64,000 nt of DNA from Eledone cirrhosa (Eukaryota), in assembly GCA_964016885.1 (NCBI GenBank), contig OZ024741.1:388926001-388990000 (forward strand), read 5' to 3'. The notes under the pieces were generated by a model that saw nothing but the letters and a program-made list of their open reading frames with translations, ran no database searches and was not told where the DNA came from. Made by a program: the position numbers and the translations under genes. Of this stretch, positions 44,296 through 59,929 are shown in pieces. Every line of letters starts with the position of its first letter. Within the stretch, counting starts at the first letter, position 1.

Positions 44296-45772
44296 GTTAT
44301 ATAAACTTGCACACTCACACACATTAGTTTTGGCAAATGCAAGAATATTTCATCCACCGTTTTATGTAGATATTTTAATTTAAAGAAGCCCCCACCACCA
44401 TCACCACCACCACCATCAGAGTATCATCATCATCAACTTTCCCTGCTAGCATGAGAATATTACTGGAAAATGGTGACACCTAAAAAGACTCTTAACTACA
44501 TAACAATTTTTAGAAAACGTCATTAATGAAGCAGTGTCATTTTAGATATGACACAAATGCAGTTGAATGGCTGACTTTGATGTTGTCTGCTCATCGATCA
44601 AGATTAACATGTCCAAAAAGGAGGATATAGTTTCAAGTAGATACTCAACAAGTTTCATTTTGATTTTTTGCCTTATAAAATCCTAGGTACCAAAGGAATT
44701 TCTATATAAAAAGAATCAACTTAAGAATATTTTTTGTTGAGATTGAAATAAAGAACATGAAAAAAACAAACATTTCTCAAGCCAGCACCAACTTTGTAGG
44801 CAGCTAATGAAATTTATTACTATGTAGTCTTCAAGCCAGTATCTGTATCACTGCAATTGTATTTCATGTAAACTGATGTTGAAAGCTTACTTCAACTGTA
44901 TTAAATTCATTTGTCCAACTGTCAGACATGCTGATCACTTTAACTGTGTGATGGTTCACTTGAAATTATATTACTTAAGTAAACTAACAACTACTGTGGT
45001 TAATGTGAACTGATAAGATTTGAAGTGATGGCAACAGCAGCAGTGGTTGTCTTAGAGGATTGTAACTTTTTATAATGAGACATGCGTTCCTTCTACAATG
45101 AAGTTGGATATCAGAATTGGAATGCTGTTGTCTGTTTGGAGAAACTTTAAGAAAATAAAGACTTTCTATGGGTGTATTAAGTAATTACTGTATTTCCCAG
45201 CATCAAAGACGCTACTTTTTTCCTAAAATAAGTCTAAAAAATCTACCATGCATTCTGGAGGCTGAAGGTTGCATTTTTCATTATTATTTATTTTTCAAAT
45301 GTTTGCTTGTCAAAATTAGGGTGTGTCCTCAAGGACGAAGCGTCTTGGATTTGTTTCTGTCTTGTCAGGGCCTAAAGTAGGTTCCACAAAAAATTCTGAG
45401 GTTCTATGAGATAAGGTGTCTTTTAATAAAAAAGTTCTTTGTTTTATTTTTTCAAAGAATAAGTTTTCTATCTAAAACAATTTTTGTTTGATTTAGAGTC
45501 TTATTAAAATGAGGGTAGTGAGGATTGTCCATAAATTATGGGTATAGGTTTTGCAGTTATTAGAAACCTATATAAATATTCTGTGACAATGTAAGTTTGG
45601 GAGTCACATGACCTTCACTTTTTAAAAGAATGTTAGGGTGTAATTTGAGAGAGATTTTGTCACATAGAGCTTCTCTTGGAAATATTGGTCAATTAGAATG
45701 GTTAACTCAATTGGTGAAGAAATATTGTGAACAGGTAGTAGTTAGAAGACTTGGTGAATGTTAAATCAGATA

Positions 45773-45970
45773 TAACTCTTAAACCTCCTGAACCACATGA
45801 AACCACATTAGTAAGACAGCTCTATGATTGCATCACATAAAAATTGAAGTCTTTATACTGCAAATTTTTACAATGATCTGTCTAATAGTAAAGATAATAT
45901 AAACACTTGAATTAACAAACCTGATCTTTAGATATTTTCTGCTAAAGCGTTAGAGTATATTAAGAGTTAA
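45773..45970. mobile_element. TTAA-flanked MITE family 1
   Basis: taactcttaa...ttaagagttaa; internal match to 33927-34140. Confidence 0.65.
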
Positions 45971-46977
45971 GGAAACTAGGATTCATAAACTCACCAGGCA
46001 GAGAGATGGCTGAAGAGTTATTTGAAATAGTGTCAGCATGTGTAAAAGAATAAAGCTATTGCTGATAACAAAATGGTTTTAATTAAAGAAAAACTGGTTT
46101 TAATTAAAGAAAAACTGGTTTTAATTTGTTTTGTATTTTATATTCAGTAATATTATATGACTAATTTAAAATCTAAGCAAACATCAATACAAAATAAAGT
46201 ATCTATCTAGTTTTCCTTTATAGTTTACGTGTTCTGTTTATTAAAGCTTAATTCATTTTGTAACTTTAAAAAAAGAATTTTGAACTAAAACAAGAAATTC
46301 CTTCACTTCGTTGTAGCAATTAAGAATCTTTAACTGAAATTGATACATGATGACAAGTGCTCTCTAGCTCAATTTGTATTCTAACAAATTTTCACTCTGA
46401 AGGGCATAAGACAGCTTTAGTTACTTGAATTTCACTTACAGTTTATTTGTGAATTACTTGTTGATTAAAAACCATGCTTTTAACATTGCTGTTAGAATGT
46501 TAATTTGAATGTGGATACATCCACATTTATTTAAATGTTCTACATTTGACCTTAGATTAGATAGCAAATAATAATAATAATAATAATAATAATTTAATGT
46601 AATAATAATAAATTTTATATATAAGCTATATATACTATTAGAGGACAATGAAGAATGTGGATATTATTTTAACATTTATTTTAAATCACAATTCTTCTCC
46701 CGCCTCCTCCTTATCCAATTTTATCTCTACATTCGATGCTGTTGTGGGTTGGATGGGTCATTATAGTTTGTTCGTACTTATTCAAAACTTTACAGTGTGT
46801 ACTAGATACATTTTATGGCACTAGCTCCAGCGAGTTATGTCCTGAGAACTAAAGGGTTTTCCAACCCAACATTATTTTTATTCATCCACCAACCATTTTA
46901 CAAGGTCTTCTGGGTTCTAATGACACCAACACTGAGATTACCTGGTATCCTGTAAAACTAAAATGTCCTCACTATTT

Positions 46978-47164
46978 GGTGAATTGGCAGTATCGGTAGC
47001 GGGTCGGACGCCATGCTTTCCAACATAGTTACGCCCCTTTACGGTCTGAGTTCAAATCCCGTCGAGGTTAACTTTGCCTTTCATCCTAACGGGGTCGATA
47101 AAATAAAGTACCAGTAATGTACTGGATAATTTCTGGCCTTGTGTCAAAAGTAGAAACAATTATT
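46978..47164 (+). mobile_element. SINE family A, full length
   Basis: ggtgaattggcagtatcggtag...gagttcaaatccc...aagtagaaacaattatt. Confidence 0.88.
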
Positions 47165-47789
47165 CTATATTGTCTCCATTCATACAAAACTGTGATCAAG
47201 AAACTGAATCGAAAATAGTATGAGAGAAATTGTGATGGAAGGCAGAGAGACAGTACTGAAGGAGCAGTGGGGAAAATAGTGAGTGAGTGAATGGAATGAT
47301 AGTGTGATGGGAGAAACAGTGCAAAGTGGGCAGTAATTGGAGAGAGAGAGAGACCATGCTGGAGGGGGTTATGGAAGCTACATGTTTATTAGTGAGAGAT
47401 AACAAGTAACAGACAGTAAGAGGGATGGGTGATGGCAAGAGAGAGTGATGAATGTCAATAACAAATAATCTGGAGAATGATGGTTGGGTATATTGTTTAT
47501 ATACCCAATGCAAGATCTCATAGGTGTCGGGATGGTAAAGAGAAGTAAAATAAGGCTGGTGGTGTGGGTGTGTGAATAAGGATAGGTCCAATGCTATCCC
47601 TCATTACACTGGGAGCTTGGTGCAGTAAAATAGAGAATGAGGGAGTATTAGAGATAAGAGGGTTGGATAGATTGAATGCTATTCCCAGTTTCGTGGACAA
47701 CATGGTACAGTGAATTGGAGAGAGGGTTAGTAATAACTAAATATCGATGTGAAAACAACCTTAATCACTAGTGCTATTTTAACATTTCT

Positions 47790-48095
47790 TTCACTATACT
47801 TGCACGAGTCAGTGGGTGTTCTCCAGCACCATGGGTAATCATTCAATGTGCTCTTTTGTCATTGTGGGTCTCCCTCTTTCACAGGTCCCATCGCCTTTCA
47901 GTTCGCTGCACTTATTTATACAGCTGTTATCCTCCATCTGTATTAAGTCCATAACAGTACAGTCTTCTCTCTTGCACACTATATTGGATTCCTCTAATAT
48001 CCAGTTTTTCTCTCAACTCATTTACATTGTCTAACATTATACATGTAGAGGAACATGCTCATGCTCACTTCACTCCTTTCCAGTTTTTGCAAATC
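47790..48095 (-). mobile_element. Highly decayed RTE 3' fragment
   Basis: Reverse complement gives VQE.RL..YG...MEDNSCINKC.ELK.DG...RGRP remnants. Confidence 0.55.
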
Positions 48096-48221
48096 CTACA
48101 TTATGATTATTATATTTATAAGAAGGATACTACATTTTATTTAAACATTTGAAGCTAGTGTAGGTTTAATGAATGTTAATTAAAAAAAAATACCTATAGG
48201 TTTGTGATTTGTTGACATTAT

Positions 48222-48408
48222 CGGTGGATTGGCAGTATCGGTAGAGGGTCGGACGCCATGCTTTCCAGCATAGTTACGTCCCTTTACGATCTGAGTTCAA
48301 ATCCCGCCGAGGTTAACTTTGCCTTTCATCTTTACGGGGTCGATAAAATAAAGTACCAGTAATGCACTGGGTAATTGCTGGCCTTGTGTCTAAAGTAGAA
48401 ACAATTAT
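48222..48408 (+). mobile_element. SINE family A, full length
   Basis: A box TGGCAGTATCGG, B box GAGTTCAAATCC; the body resembles the conserved Nin/Deu-type SINE central domain (from memory, unverified). Confidence 0.88.
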
Positions 48409-49179
48409 CACTTAGACACCAATCAACTTGAGATAAGAGGTTAATTGACAACAAGAAAACAAATATTTTATTGCACTTTACCTCATGAAATAGGTTGGAT
48501 ACTATAGGGATCACTGTAAGTACACCCCAGATTCTCTAAACAACAACAACCTACACACATATGTAGATACACACCACACACGCATATATATATATATATA
48601 TATATATACATACAAAGCGAAAAGAAATCATACTATTTCGTGTGTGAGACACTATAGCGACCACCGTACGTACATTATAAACACTCTGATATAGACTTCA
48701 TTTCTAGCCTACATACATCTCTTAATTATATATATATGTGCGCAGATCTTTTTGTATACACAATACTCGGCAAATGGAAACGAAAACATTTTATTTATCT
48801 CCTTAACAAGTGTGCTATACTTACGCACAGCTCTTTGTTTACCTTTTGTTCTATTTTACGGATGGACAGACATAACAAAATTGCTATGGCAACATCCATG
48901 GATGAAGTGTGCGACAAAACTGGTCGCTGTCCCAAAATAGAACATGCTCGGAAAATCACGCCTGTCATCTATGCACAGAACCCGAGAACTCTTTCCGAAA
49001 TTGATGGGTTGGATGTGATAAATGTTGTTTCTGTCTGCGCAATGTCACAAACTTGCCAAAGATTCCGGCAACAATGCCTCTCCTGGTCTTGATAGTGTTA
49101 CGTACCTGCTTCGCAAATGTGGTGTATACTTTTTTTCTGCACCAGCTTTCACTCTTCTTTTAATTCTGCCTTAACAACC

Positions 49180-50687
49180 GTGTTACCCCAGAGCAGTGGA
49201 AAACTGCTAGTGTCATTCCTCTGATCAAAATGGGTGATCGCACGTCGCCTGTCAACTATCTTCCAGTCAGTCTTACTGTTCCACCAAACTGATGGAGTCC
49301 TGTGTCAAAGAAACACTCGGGAACTTGTGAAACTCTTACACCCTTATCCAGCCCTTGTAATTTGGATTTAGTCCCAACTTCAGCTGCTGTGATCAACTCA
49401 TTGAGTTTCTTGAAGACATTACCCAAATCACTGATGGTGGCTCATGGGTGAATGTTATTTATCTTGACTTTACTAAAGCTTTTAATTCCATTCACACAAA
49501 AGACTTATGGCGAAACTTTCTGCAGTGAGTGTAAGGGATGATCTTTATAACTGGTTGAAGTCCTTCATTCTCAGTCAAAAAGAGATAGTCAGGGTTCTAG
49601 GACCATTCTTCACCCTATGAGATGACATCTGGTGTACAATAAGGATCTGTTTTTGGTCCCTTTTTATTTGTTGCATATATTAATGACATAGATGCCAACT
49701 TAAAGAATGCCACAATGCTGAAATATGCAGATAACATCAAGCTGTATCTTGAGATAAAAAGGACATTCTGTTTGCTATAGATCTTTCCTGCAATCAAACC
49801 TGGACACAATGCAGCAATGGATTACAGACTGGCAACTCAAGCTGGCTGTGGACAAGTGTACCACCATGCATTTTAGTGTTCAAATGTTCTCCCCACAATA
49901 CCAATCTCTAGAAGTCTTCTTGTGAATGTGACCTGGGCATTATTGTCAACAGCGATTTGTGTTGGACAAAGCACATCTCTAAAAATTGACAGGAAGGCTG
50001 AGAGTTGTCTTAGCATCACTCAGTAAGACCTTTGTCAGCCACTCTCCTGCTATCTATTTAAAGCTGTATATAGCTATCGTGTGTCCACACTTAGAATTTG
50101 CATCACCAGTCTGGAACCCCTATCTTGCTCAGATTATTGATCTGGAAACTGTTCAGAGTTGTGGAACCAAATGAATACCCTCCATCAGGCATCTACCATA
50201 CTTTGAATGCCTTGCTTACCTGGGCATAGATACATTAAAGCTCCGTCTGGTAACTGACTTGATAGAAACCCACAAGAACTATCTTTCCAACAACAACCAT
50301 GAGCACATTTTTGAGTTCCATATGTCTAACACCTATGGACATGCTTACAAAATCAGAAAACAGTACAGCTCCCATGACTTTCAGAAATATTTTTTCATGC
50401 TCAGAGTTGCTGAAGCATGGAACAAACTACTTGCATCAGTTGTTAGCTATCAGGACACTGCATCCTTCAAAACTTCCATGCTTCCTGAAATTTGTCAACC
50501 CTACACCTGATATTCCCCCTCCATGCACACGCTTGCACATATATGTGTGTGTGTCTGTGTGTATGTCATGACTCATACACTGTTTACTTTCCTGACATTT
50601 GTACATTATTCTATATATTATACATGCACTTTTGATGAGTTGTAGAGCACTGTAAACAATAATTTTCATTAATATTATTATTATTAT
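49180..50687 (+). mobile_element. Degenerate CR1-like LINE (RT and 3' end)
   Basis: PEQWKTASVIPL, NYLPVSLT, IYLDFTKAFN, SGVQ*GSVFGP, KYADNIK, PHLEFASPVWNP, RVAEAWNKL; many stops and frameshifts; (ATT)n tail. Confidence 0.85.
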
Positions 50688-51082
50688 GAAGAATTAACAT
50701 CATTGATTTCTTTTTTCTTTTTCCTAATGTTCTTATGAGAATCAATCCAAACTCCGTGAAATGACACAGACTAATTATTTTGGTGATCATTCTATCTTAT
50801 CACTTTTTCCCCTCTTGTTTATTAACTGCCTGTATCTATCTGCCTATAACAATCTCAATAGTTAATTTGAAAAGTTGGAACTTGTTTCAAAATAACCCCC
50901 CACCCAACCAAACTCACCAAAATAATTAAAAACAATGAAAATACTAATAAAGGTATAAAACAGCCTGATTGTGTATTTGAAAAATAATACTTCAGAATAG
51001 TTCAATACCATTCCTATTCAATTAAACTGAACCTAATTAGTTCTTATCCCACCGAACTGTGTAATTATTATTATTATTAACA

Positions 51083-51266
51083 ACTTTCATCCTTACGGGG
51101 TCGATAAAATAAAGTACCAGTAATGCACTGGGTAATTGCTGGCCTTGTGCCTAAAGTAGAAACAATTATTAACAACTTTACCTTTCATCTTTACGGGGGT
51201 CGATAAAATAAAGCACCAGTAATACACTGGGATAATTGCTGGCCTTGTGCCAAAAGTAGAAACAAT
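51083..51266 (+). mobile_element. Two tandem 3' halves of SINE family A
   Basis: tttcatc..tacgggg.tcgataaa...aagtagaaacaatt occurs twice. Confidence 0.85.
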
Positions 51267-51589
51267 TCTTCTTATTATTATTAGTTGTCTACTTAGGTAG
51301 AAGCACACTGCACGTTGACTCCGGTTAACTTTTATTATTTGCTTACTTTTCAACCGTCTCTAACCTTTGTTCAAGTTTTAACCTTGACAAGAGTTTAGAA
51401 AAACTGACTTGCTTGGCACAGGTGAGTCAGTTGTGAACACACAGCACCCCCTTGTGGGATGTCGGCTTTGTAAAAAATCGCCCCCTCCCCCACCCAATTT
51501 TTTCTTTCATTAACTTTTTTATCAGGGATGCTACAACAAGGAGACAACAAAGTGAATTGTATAATAAAGAGGGAGACACTTTCAACACT

Positions 51590-51805
51590 TGACTGGGCAA
51601 AGGTGTTAATGACAAGGTTGGCGTCGTCAGTGGTCTGGTAGAGGAGGCACAGACATGTGCCATTGCCGATAGATCTATCCACGACAACTTCCACCTTATG
51701 CGTTACATCATAAAGAGGGTGGCTAAGGAATCTGGCATTGGTGGGCCACTGGTCAGCTTAGATCAATCAAAAGCATTTGATAGGACTGACCATCGGTACC
51801 TGACA
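51590..51805 (+). mobile_element. L1/Tx1-like RT fragment
   Basis: EAQTCAIADRSIHDNFHLMRYII...LVSLDQSKAFDRTDHRYL. Confidence 0.75.
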
Positions 51806-51915
51806 TCAGCAGGCTTGATGTAAACCCTTTGTGGTTAATAAAGAAACTATTATTATTATTATATTTGGTGCAGCACAACAATAATTTACAGCCCATTTTA
51901 GCAGGATAAAAGGCC

Positions 51916-52134
51916 TTAACCATTTCATGACCGTATTTTAATTAATTAATGAAGAATTATGAGGGATTTACTAAAATGATTAATTATTTCATCAGTAAGA
52001 TACTAACTTAATGTAAGGTTCTTATATAAAATTATGTTGGAAGATTTTGATTTAAATTGGAAACCTTTAAAATGGGTGGTTTTATTTCATAGAACCAGAG
52101 CTGGATTTGGCCGGGTTGGTAACTAAAGGGTTAA
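51916..52134. mobile_element. TTAA-flanked MITE family 2
   Basis: ttaaccattt...aaagggttaa termini. Confidence 0.7.
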
Positions 52135-52894
52135 AACACTAGCTGTAGAAACCAGATCTTTTTTTTTTATTTTGTAATTCCTGGATCTCTTGAACTTTAT
52201 TTACTTCCAGTTGTCTGAATACCGTGAAGAAAATTCTTACCTAATTGAATAACAATTTTTTTGTTTAGTTGCTCCGTTAATTTTAAAATGAGGATAGTGT
52301 AACTAAAAGTAACTTGATTTTCAAATTATATTTGTTGTCTTTTTGATGATGTTTAGCCCGAGGTCAATGCTGATCAAGCAGACCTATGATCAAAGGCATT
52401 CTAGCAGAAAAATCATTCTAGCTTTTTTAATTAATCTATTTATTATTAATGTTTCTTTTTATTTTATTTTCTGTCTTTGTATATCTTGTACTACATTGTC
52501 CTCCATATTCTTACATTTTTAGGATAGTGTGTAATATGAGAGAGATTTGACTGCTATTTCTAGCAGATCAAGTAGACTTATGTTCAAAAGCATTCCAACT
52601 GTAACTATCCCATTTTTTAAAACAGGTTTAATGTGCCTTGGACTACATTATCCAATATGTCCTTCTGTTTTTTAGAAGTGTGTAGTATGAGAGATTTGGA
52701 TGTTGTTTGTAACAGGTTAAGCAATCTTACAAAAAGATTCCTGTTTGCTCAAATAATATTTAATATTGAAGTAAAAATGTGAAGTAGTTAGGTAACTAGA
52801 AATTAATCTATTTGATAATTACTGATGTGCAGTATTCAATAATGAATTTTGTCAAATTTCTTTGGTTAATGCTATTTTTAATTTTGGAAAATGA

Positions 52895-53310
52895 ATGAGG
52901 TAGGTGTAGAAGCCAAACTCATTATCTTCAATTCAGTATTCATGCCAGACCTTACCTATGATCATGAATCTTGGGTAATAATTGAAAGAATGCAATCACA
53001 AATACCAGTGACTGAAATGAAGGGTCTTTAGAGTAACATAACTTGATAGTGCATAGTTCATCGATCAGAGCCACTACTTCTCCAAATTGAGAGATCACTG
53101 TTTTGTTACTACAGGCAAAAACAACAGGCAGGAGAACCAGGGGTAAACCCTGAGCAAGTTGGTTGGATAACATCCATGAGCTCGGCTGGTCTTACTTGAG
53201 GATCCAGCAGGATCAATTGGAGATGGTTGCTTCTGATGGGACACTGGAAGGAGTGTTTGAGGACTCTGCCCCCCCCACAACCCTCTCAGGAATAAGTGGA
53301 CAAAGAAGAA
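52895..53310 (+). mobile_element. Expander/Rex3-like RTE fragment with internal deletions
   Basis: Aligns with 4510-4990. Confidence 0.75.
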
Positions 53311-54639
53311 TGTGAATGTATTACTTAAAATTTTAAAAATAAGAAATGGTTGCAAAAAGTACAGAATTTAAAATATCATGAAATGATATTTTATTTCTAT
53401 TTTTGTTGATGCACCATATACTTTTTATTGCAAATTAAGTTTAACAATCTTCAGCATGAAAAGTTACAAAAACTGTTGAAAACTTCACAAAAATATTCAA
53501 TTGCCAGAGAAATTGCTCAGCCATAAGTTATTGAAAGAGCAACATAGTTTTACAAAATGCCCACTATCTTGAGGCATATATTTGGATTTTGCAGTGTGTA
53601 ATGCATTTATTTGTTCTAAAGAGGATTTTTCTTTTCTCTAGAAACTTACACAAGTTTTAATATTCTCCACAACTATTAAAAGACAGTGAGCATGTATATA
53701 CACATATATAAAGACATTTCTGCCTTCCATTTTTATCGACTGCAGAAAATACTATATAAGCTTATTTTTAGCAAGGGAGATATTGGTTTCTACATAGATA
53801 AATGCCATCAATTTAAATCCATTAGTTTTATTGAGAATAATGCACTTTACTTTGCCATATATAATATATATTTAAAAAAAAAGAAAGGAAGAAAAACTGA
53901 TCGAAAAATTCAATATTCTCACATGTTTTTCCTCTAGTTCTTAATTTTCAAAACTTTATATCATATCACAAATGTAACTTTATTCCCTCTCTGCCAATAA
54001 TACTTAGCAAATCTATTGATATTTCAGCAATAGAAATGGAAAACTAATCTTTTGTACTACTGATATAAACAATTTCAAAAGAATGTTTTGCTTAACATGT
54101 TGTCTGGACACCTCTGAAATTAAGTTATAAATTTCCAATTTTTTATGTATTAAAGTTATGTGTGCAATTAATAAAACTTTGGTTTAAATGTAAAAATACT
54201 TTGACGATAAGAACAAATTCTTGGAAAATGAGTTCATCAAAAAAGCAGAACTATGCCTCTTCACCTAATAGAAGTTCAGTATTTCCTTCAACAAATCTCA
54301 CCTGTCTTCAAGTTTTGGAAGCACGGAGGTGTTGCAACACACAAGTCCCATTTCCCGCCTGCCAGTATATTCCTGAATTTCCTGCCAGCATGCCCCTGTC
54401 CCCTTCCCCCCGGAACTCAAAGAAGCAGAGAGATGGATCAACTGTCAGGTGTTCACCTGCCAATATACTCCTGACTTATTTGCTCAACCCATGCTAGCAG
54501 GGAAATCTAGGAGGAACCTTAACTGATTCACCTTCTTTGCTGAACCCTTGTACCCCCAACACTTACCTAACCCAGGAAAGCCTGGCTACACCATGACCCC
54601 CCCCCCAGCAATGAAATGCTGGTCCCTAACCTCCCCCTC

Positions 54640-54940
54640 CTAGCATGACCATGTACAATGAGTACCCTAGTGCTGTAATGAAATAGTGCTGGTGCCACTA
54701 CAAAAGCACCCAGTCCACCCTTTAAGGTGGTAATGTCAGTCACAATAAAATTATCCAGAACACTCTGTAAAGTGCTTGGCATTAGGAAGGTCATCCAGCT
54801 CTAGAAACCAAACCAAAACAAAGCATATGAGCAGGGCATAGACACTTGACCAGTCTGGCCTCAGCACATGACAGCCATCTAACCCATGCCGCCATAGAAA
54901 ATAAACATTAAACAGTGCTGTTGCTGATGATGATAATGAT
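54640..54940 (+). mobile_element. RTE 3' UTR fragment
   Basis: aaaagcacccagtccac, ttaggaaggtcatccagct, tctaacccatgc, (GAT)n. Confidence 0.65.
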
Positions 54941-55865
54941 ATTACCTGGCCAAATTCCTAAGATTTTGTTAGAAAGTTACCCTTTCATGACTATTTCTGA
55001 TGAAATACACTGCCTATGATTTTCAAATAATTTATGAAAATAATCAAGAATTTGGAGAGATTTAGTTATAAAACTTTGTTGGAATATAACTTAATAAAAG
55101 TTTATGAATTAAATTATGACAAAACGTTTTTAGATTGATATAGCCACGTTAAAACAAACACAAAGGTGTTTTTCAGCAGTTTAGTAAGGAAAGGGTTAAC
55201 AAATCCAATAGCAGATTCAATAATTGTAGTCCCTACTTCACTATGTTCAGCTATCAAAAAGTTACCACCATTTGTTTTTTTATTGTTTGTTTTCATGCTA
55301 CCGAAGCTAGGAAGCTTAAATGTTTCAATGACTAGTAAGCAGCTTTAACAGTTTTTTTTCCAATTTATTTTTAACAGATTCCTTTAGAATGTTATGTATG
55401 CGACTCATTTCTCTTCAAAATGATCTATTTGGTGAGCTTTGTGTTACACAAAAGGAAAATTAGTTGCAGAGAAAATAAAAGGCTGTGAAAAAAAAAAAAA
55501 ATTACGCAACTATGTATGCAGCTATACAATCTCTTTGAAGTATTGTCACTTTTAACTGTTTCATGACCATACTTCTCATGAATTACTCTCTATTTTAATT
55601 AATTAATGAAGAATTTTGAGGTATTTACTTAAATTATTAATTGTTTCATTACTAACATAGTAATTTAACATGGTCATATAAAATATCTTAGAAGATTTTT
55701 AAAATGGGCACTTTTGTTCTATAGAACCACAATCAGTTTTGGATGAGTTGGTATCAAGAGGGTGAGTTATTGGTACAAATATATTCAGCACTGATGAAAT
55801 ATATATGTATATATATAACCTCTTATGATTTTTTTCAAAATATTGATTGAAATATTTCTTTGGAT

Positions 55866-56070
55866 TGGTGGATTGGTGGAGCATTGGACAACTGCTTTAC
55901 GCCATAGAATTATGGCCCTTTACAATCTAAGTTCAAATCCTGCCGAGGTTAGCTTTGCCATTCATCCTTATGGGATTGATAAAATAAAGTACCAGTAATG
56001 CACGGGTTCAATTTAATCGGCTTTCCTCTCCCCCCAAATTGTTGTCCTTGTGCCTAAATCAGAAACCAAT
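55866..56070 (+). mobile_element. Decayed SINE family A
   Basis: ggtggattgg...gttcaaatcctgccgagg...gataaaataaagtaccagt. Confidence 0.7.
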
Positions 56071-56922
56071 ATTTCTTATGATGCAATGGGTGGGGAATTA
56101 ATACATTTACCATAAACCTATTTGTCTAAAATTAGAGTTAGTCTAGATTATATAAGTTGTTTTCAGTTGCTGGTTTAAGTTTAACGCTTCCATTACTATA
56201 TTTCTATAAAAAAAACACTGATTTTCAAATGATTTTGAATATAATCAAGAATTTAGAGGGACTTAGTAGTATAACTAATTTCTCTTTTATTAAGCAGGTG
56301 TTTGGAGCATAACTTAACAAAGGGTTTTTACATAAAATTACGGTAGATATAAATAATTTAAAATAGACAACTTAGTATCATAGAACATGTGGCAGTTTCA
56401 GGCAGTTTATCAAAGTGGAGCAATATTTTTACTTCACCAATCAAGTTGCTATATGGTGAAACTTTAAATCATTTTATGTAGCTTGTTTTATGTAGCTCAG
56501 TTTTATTGTAATCTTATTTTAAAATGGTTACAACTGACAAGTGAAACCTTAATACTCATATAAATTGATATCCCTTGACTGGGGGTCAAAACTAATTATT
56601 GTTGATGAAGGAACATAATTGATTAAATTGTAATTTTATTATGTTCAAGTAATGATGTACAAAGTTGATCTCTAGTGGGATTTGAGGTGACTGGAACATT
56701 AAAACGAACATTGGTATGGCATATAGGGAAAAAGTAGATAATCACATTGAGGCACACACATGTGCGCGTGCGTACACACACAAAAGTGGTAGTGCTAGTG
56801 CCAAAATAAAATGCACCCAAAACACTTCCTAAGGTAGTTGATATTAGAAAGAGCATACAGCTGTGGAAATAGTACCAGGCTTGTCAATTCTCGGATTGGG
56901 ATGATGCATATACTACTGATGA

Positions 56923-56990
56923 TTATATATGTATAATATATTATATATGTATAATATATTATATATATATATATAATATATATATAATAT

Positions 56991-57024
<34 letters not shown>

Positions 57025-57271
57025 ATATATATATATATAATTGTTTCTACTTTAGGCACAAGGCCAGCAATTACCCAGTGCATTACTGGTACTTGATTTT
57101 ATCGACCCCGTAAGGATGAAAGGCAAAGTCAACCTCGGCGGGATTTGAACTCAGATCGTAAAGGGACGTAACTATGCTGGAAAGCATGGCGTCCGACCCT
57201 CTACGATACTGCCAATCCACCATATAATATATATATATATTATATATATAATATATATATATATAATATAT

Positions 57272-57303
<32 letters not shown>

Positions 57304-57382
57304 ATATATATTATATATATATAATATATATATATATATAATATATAATATATATATATATATTATATATATATATATATAT

Positions 57383-57428
<46 letters not shown>

Positions 57429-57482
57429 TATATAATATATATATATATTATATATATATAATATATATATATAATATATAAT

Positions 57483-57525
<43 letters not shown>

Positions 57526-57675
57526 TATATAATATATATATATAAATATATATATAAATATATTATATATATATATATATATAATATATATATATAAATG
57601 TATTATATATATATATATATATAATATATATATATAAATATATTATATATATATATATATAATATATATATATAA

Positions 57676-57715
<40 letters not shown>

Positions 57716-57718
57716 TAT

Positions 57719-57749
<31 letters not shown>

Positions 57750-58503
57750 TATATATAATATATATATATAATATATATATATAAATATATTATATATATA
57801 TATATAATATATATAATATATATATAATATATATTATATATATATATATAATATATATAATATATATAATATATATATTATATATATTATATATATATAT
57901 ATAATATATATAATATATATAATATATATATTATATATATTATATATATATATAATATATATAATATATAATATATATAATATATATATATATAAATATA
58001 TAGTATATATAATATATAATATATATAAATATATATATATATAATATATATAATATATATATTATATATATATATATATAATATATATATTATATATATA
58101 TATATATAATATATATAATATATATAATATATATATAATATATATATTATATATATATATATAATATATATAATATATATAATATATAATATATATAATA
58201 TATATATATATAAATATATAATATATATAATATATAATATATATAATATATATATATATAATATATAATATATATAATATATATATATATAAATATATAA
58301 TATATATAATATATAATATATATAATATATATATATATAAATATATAGTATATATAATATATAATATATATAATATATATATATATAATATATATAATAT
58401 ATATAATACATATATATATATAATATATATATATAATATATATATATATAATATATATATATATAATATATATATATATATAATATATATATATATAATA
58501 TAT

Positions 58504-58537
<34 letters not shown>

Positions 58538-58543
58538 ATATAT

Positions 58544-58629
<86 letters not shown>

Positions 58630-58774
58630 TATATATAATATATATATATATAATATATATATATATAATATATATATATATAATATATATATATATAATA
58701 TATATATATAATATATATATATATATAATATATATATATATAATATATATATATAATATATATATATATATAAT

Positions 58775-58806
<32 letters not shown>

Positions 58807-58812
58807 ATATAT

Positions 58813-58844
<32 letters not shown>

Positions 58845-58854
58845 ATATATATTA

Positions 58855-58886
<32 letters not shown>

Positions 58887-58914
58887 TATATATATAATTA
58901 TATATATATATATA

Positions 58915-58947
<33 letters not shown>

Positions 58948-59041
58948 TATATAATATATATATAATATATATATATATAATATATATATATAATATATAT
59001 AATATATATATATATATATATAATATATATATATATAATAT

Positions 59042-59109
<68 letters not shown>

Positions 59110-59540
59110 TATATATAATATATATATATAATATAATCTATATATATATATTATATATATATATTATATATATATATATATAAATATATAATATATATAT
59201 ATATTATATATATATATTATATATATATATATATAAATATGTTATATATATATATAATATATATCTATATATATATATTATATATATATATTATATATAT
59301 ATATATATAAATATATAATATATATATATATTATATATATATATTATATATATATATATATAAATATATTATATATATATATATTATATATTTATATATA
59401 TATATAATATATATATATATATAATATATATATATATTATATAATATATATATAATATATATATATTATATATCTATATATATATATAATATATATATAT
59501 ATATATAATATATATATATATATATTATATATTTATATAT

Positions 59541-59588
<48 letters not shown>

Positions 59589-59883
59589 ATATATAATATA
59601 TATATATAATATATATATATATATTATATATTATATATTTATATATATATATAATATATATATATATATATAATATATATATATAATATATATATATATT
59701 ATATATTATATATTTATATATATATATAATATATATATATTATATATAATATATATATATAATATATATATATATTATATATATATATTTATATATATAT
59801 ATAATATATATATATATATATAATATATATATATAATATATATATATATATATAATATATATATATATATATTATATATTTAT

Positions 59884-59929
<46 letters not shown>

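Noticed and set aside
55791-55862. CTGATGA...GAAA as a hammerhead (similar case near 54996)
   Set aside because: No convincing stems I and II.
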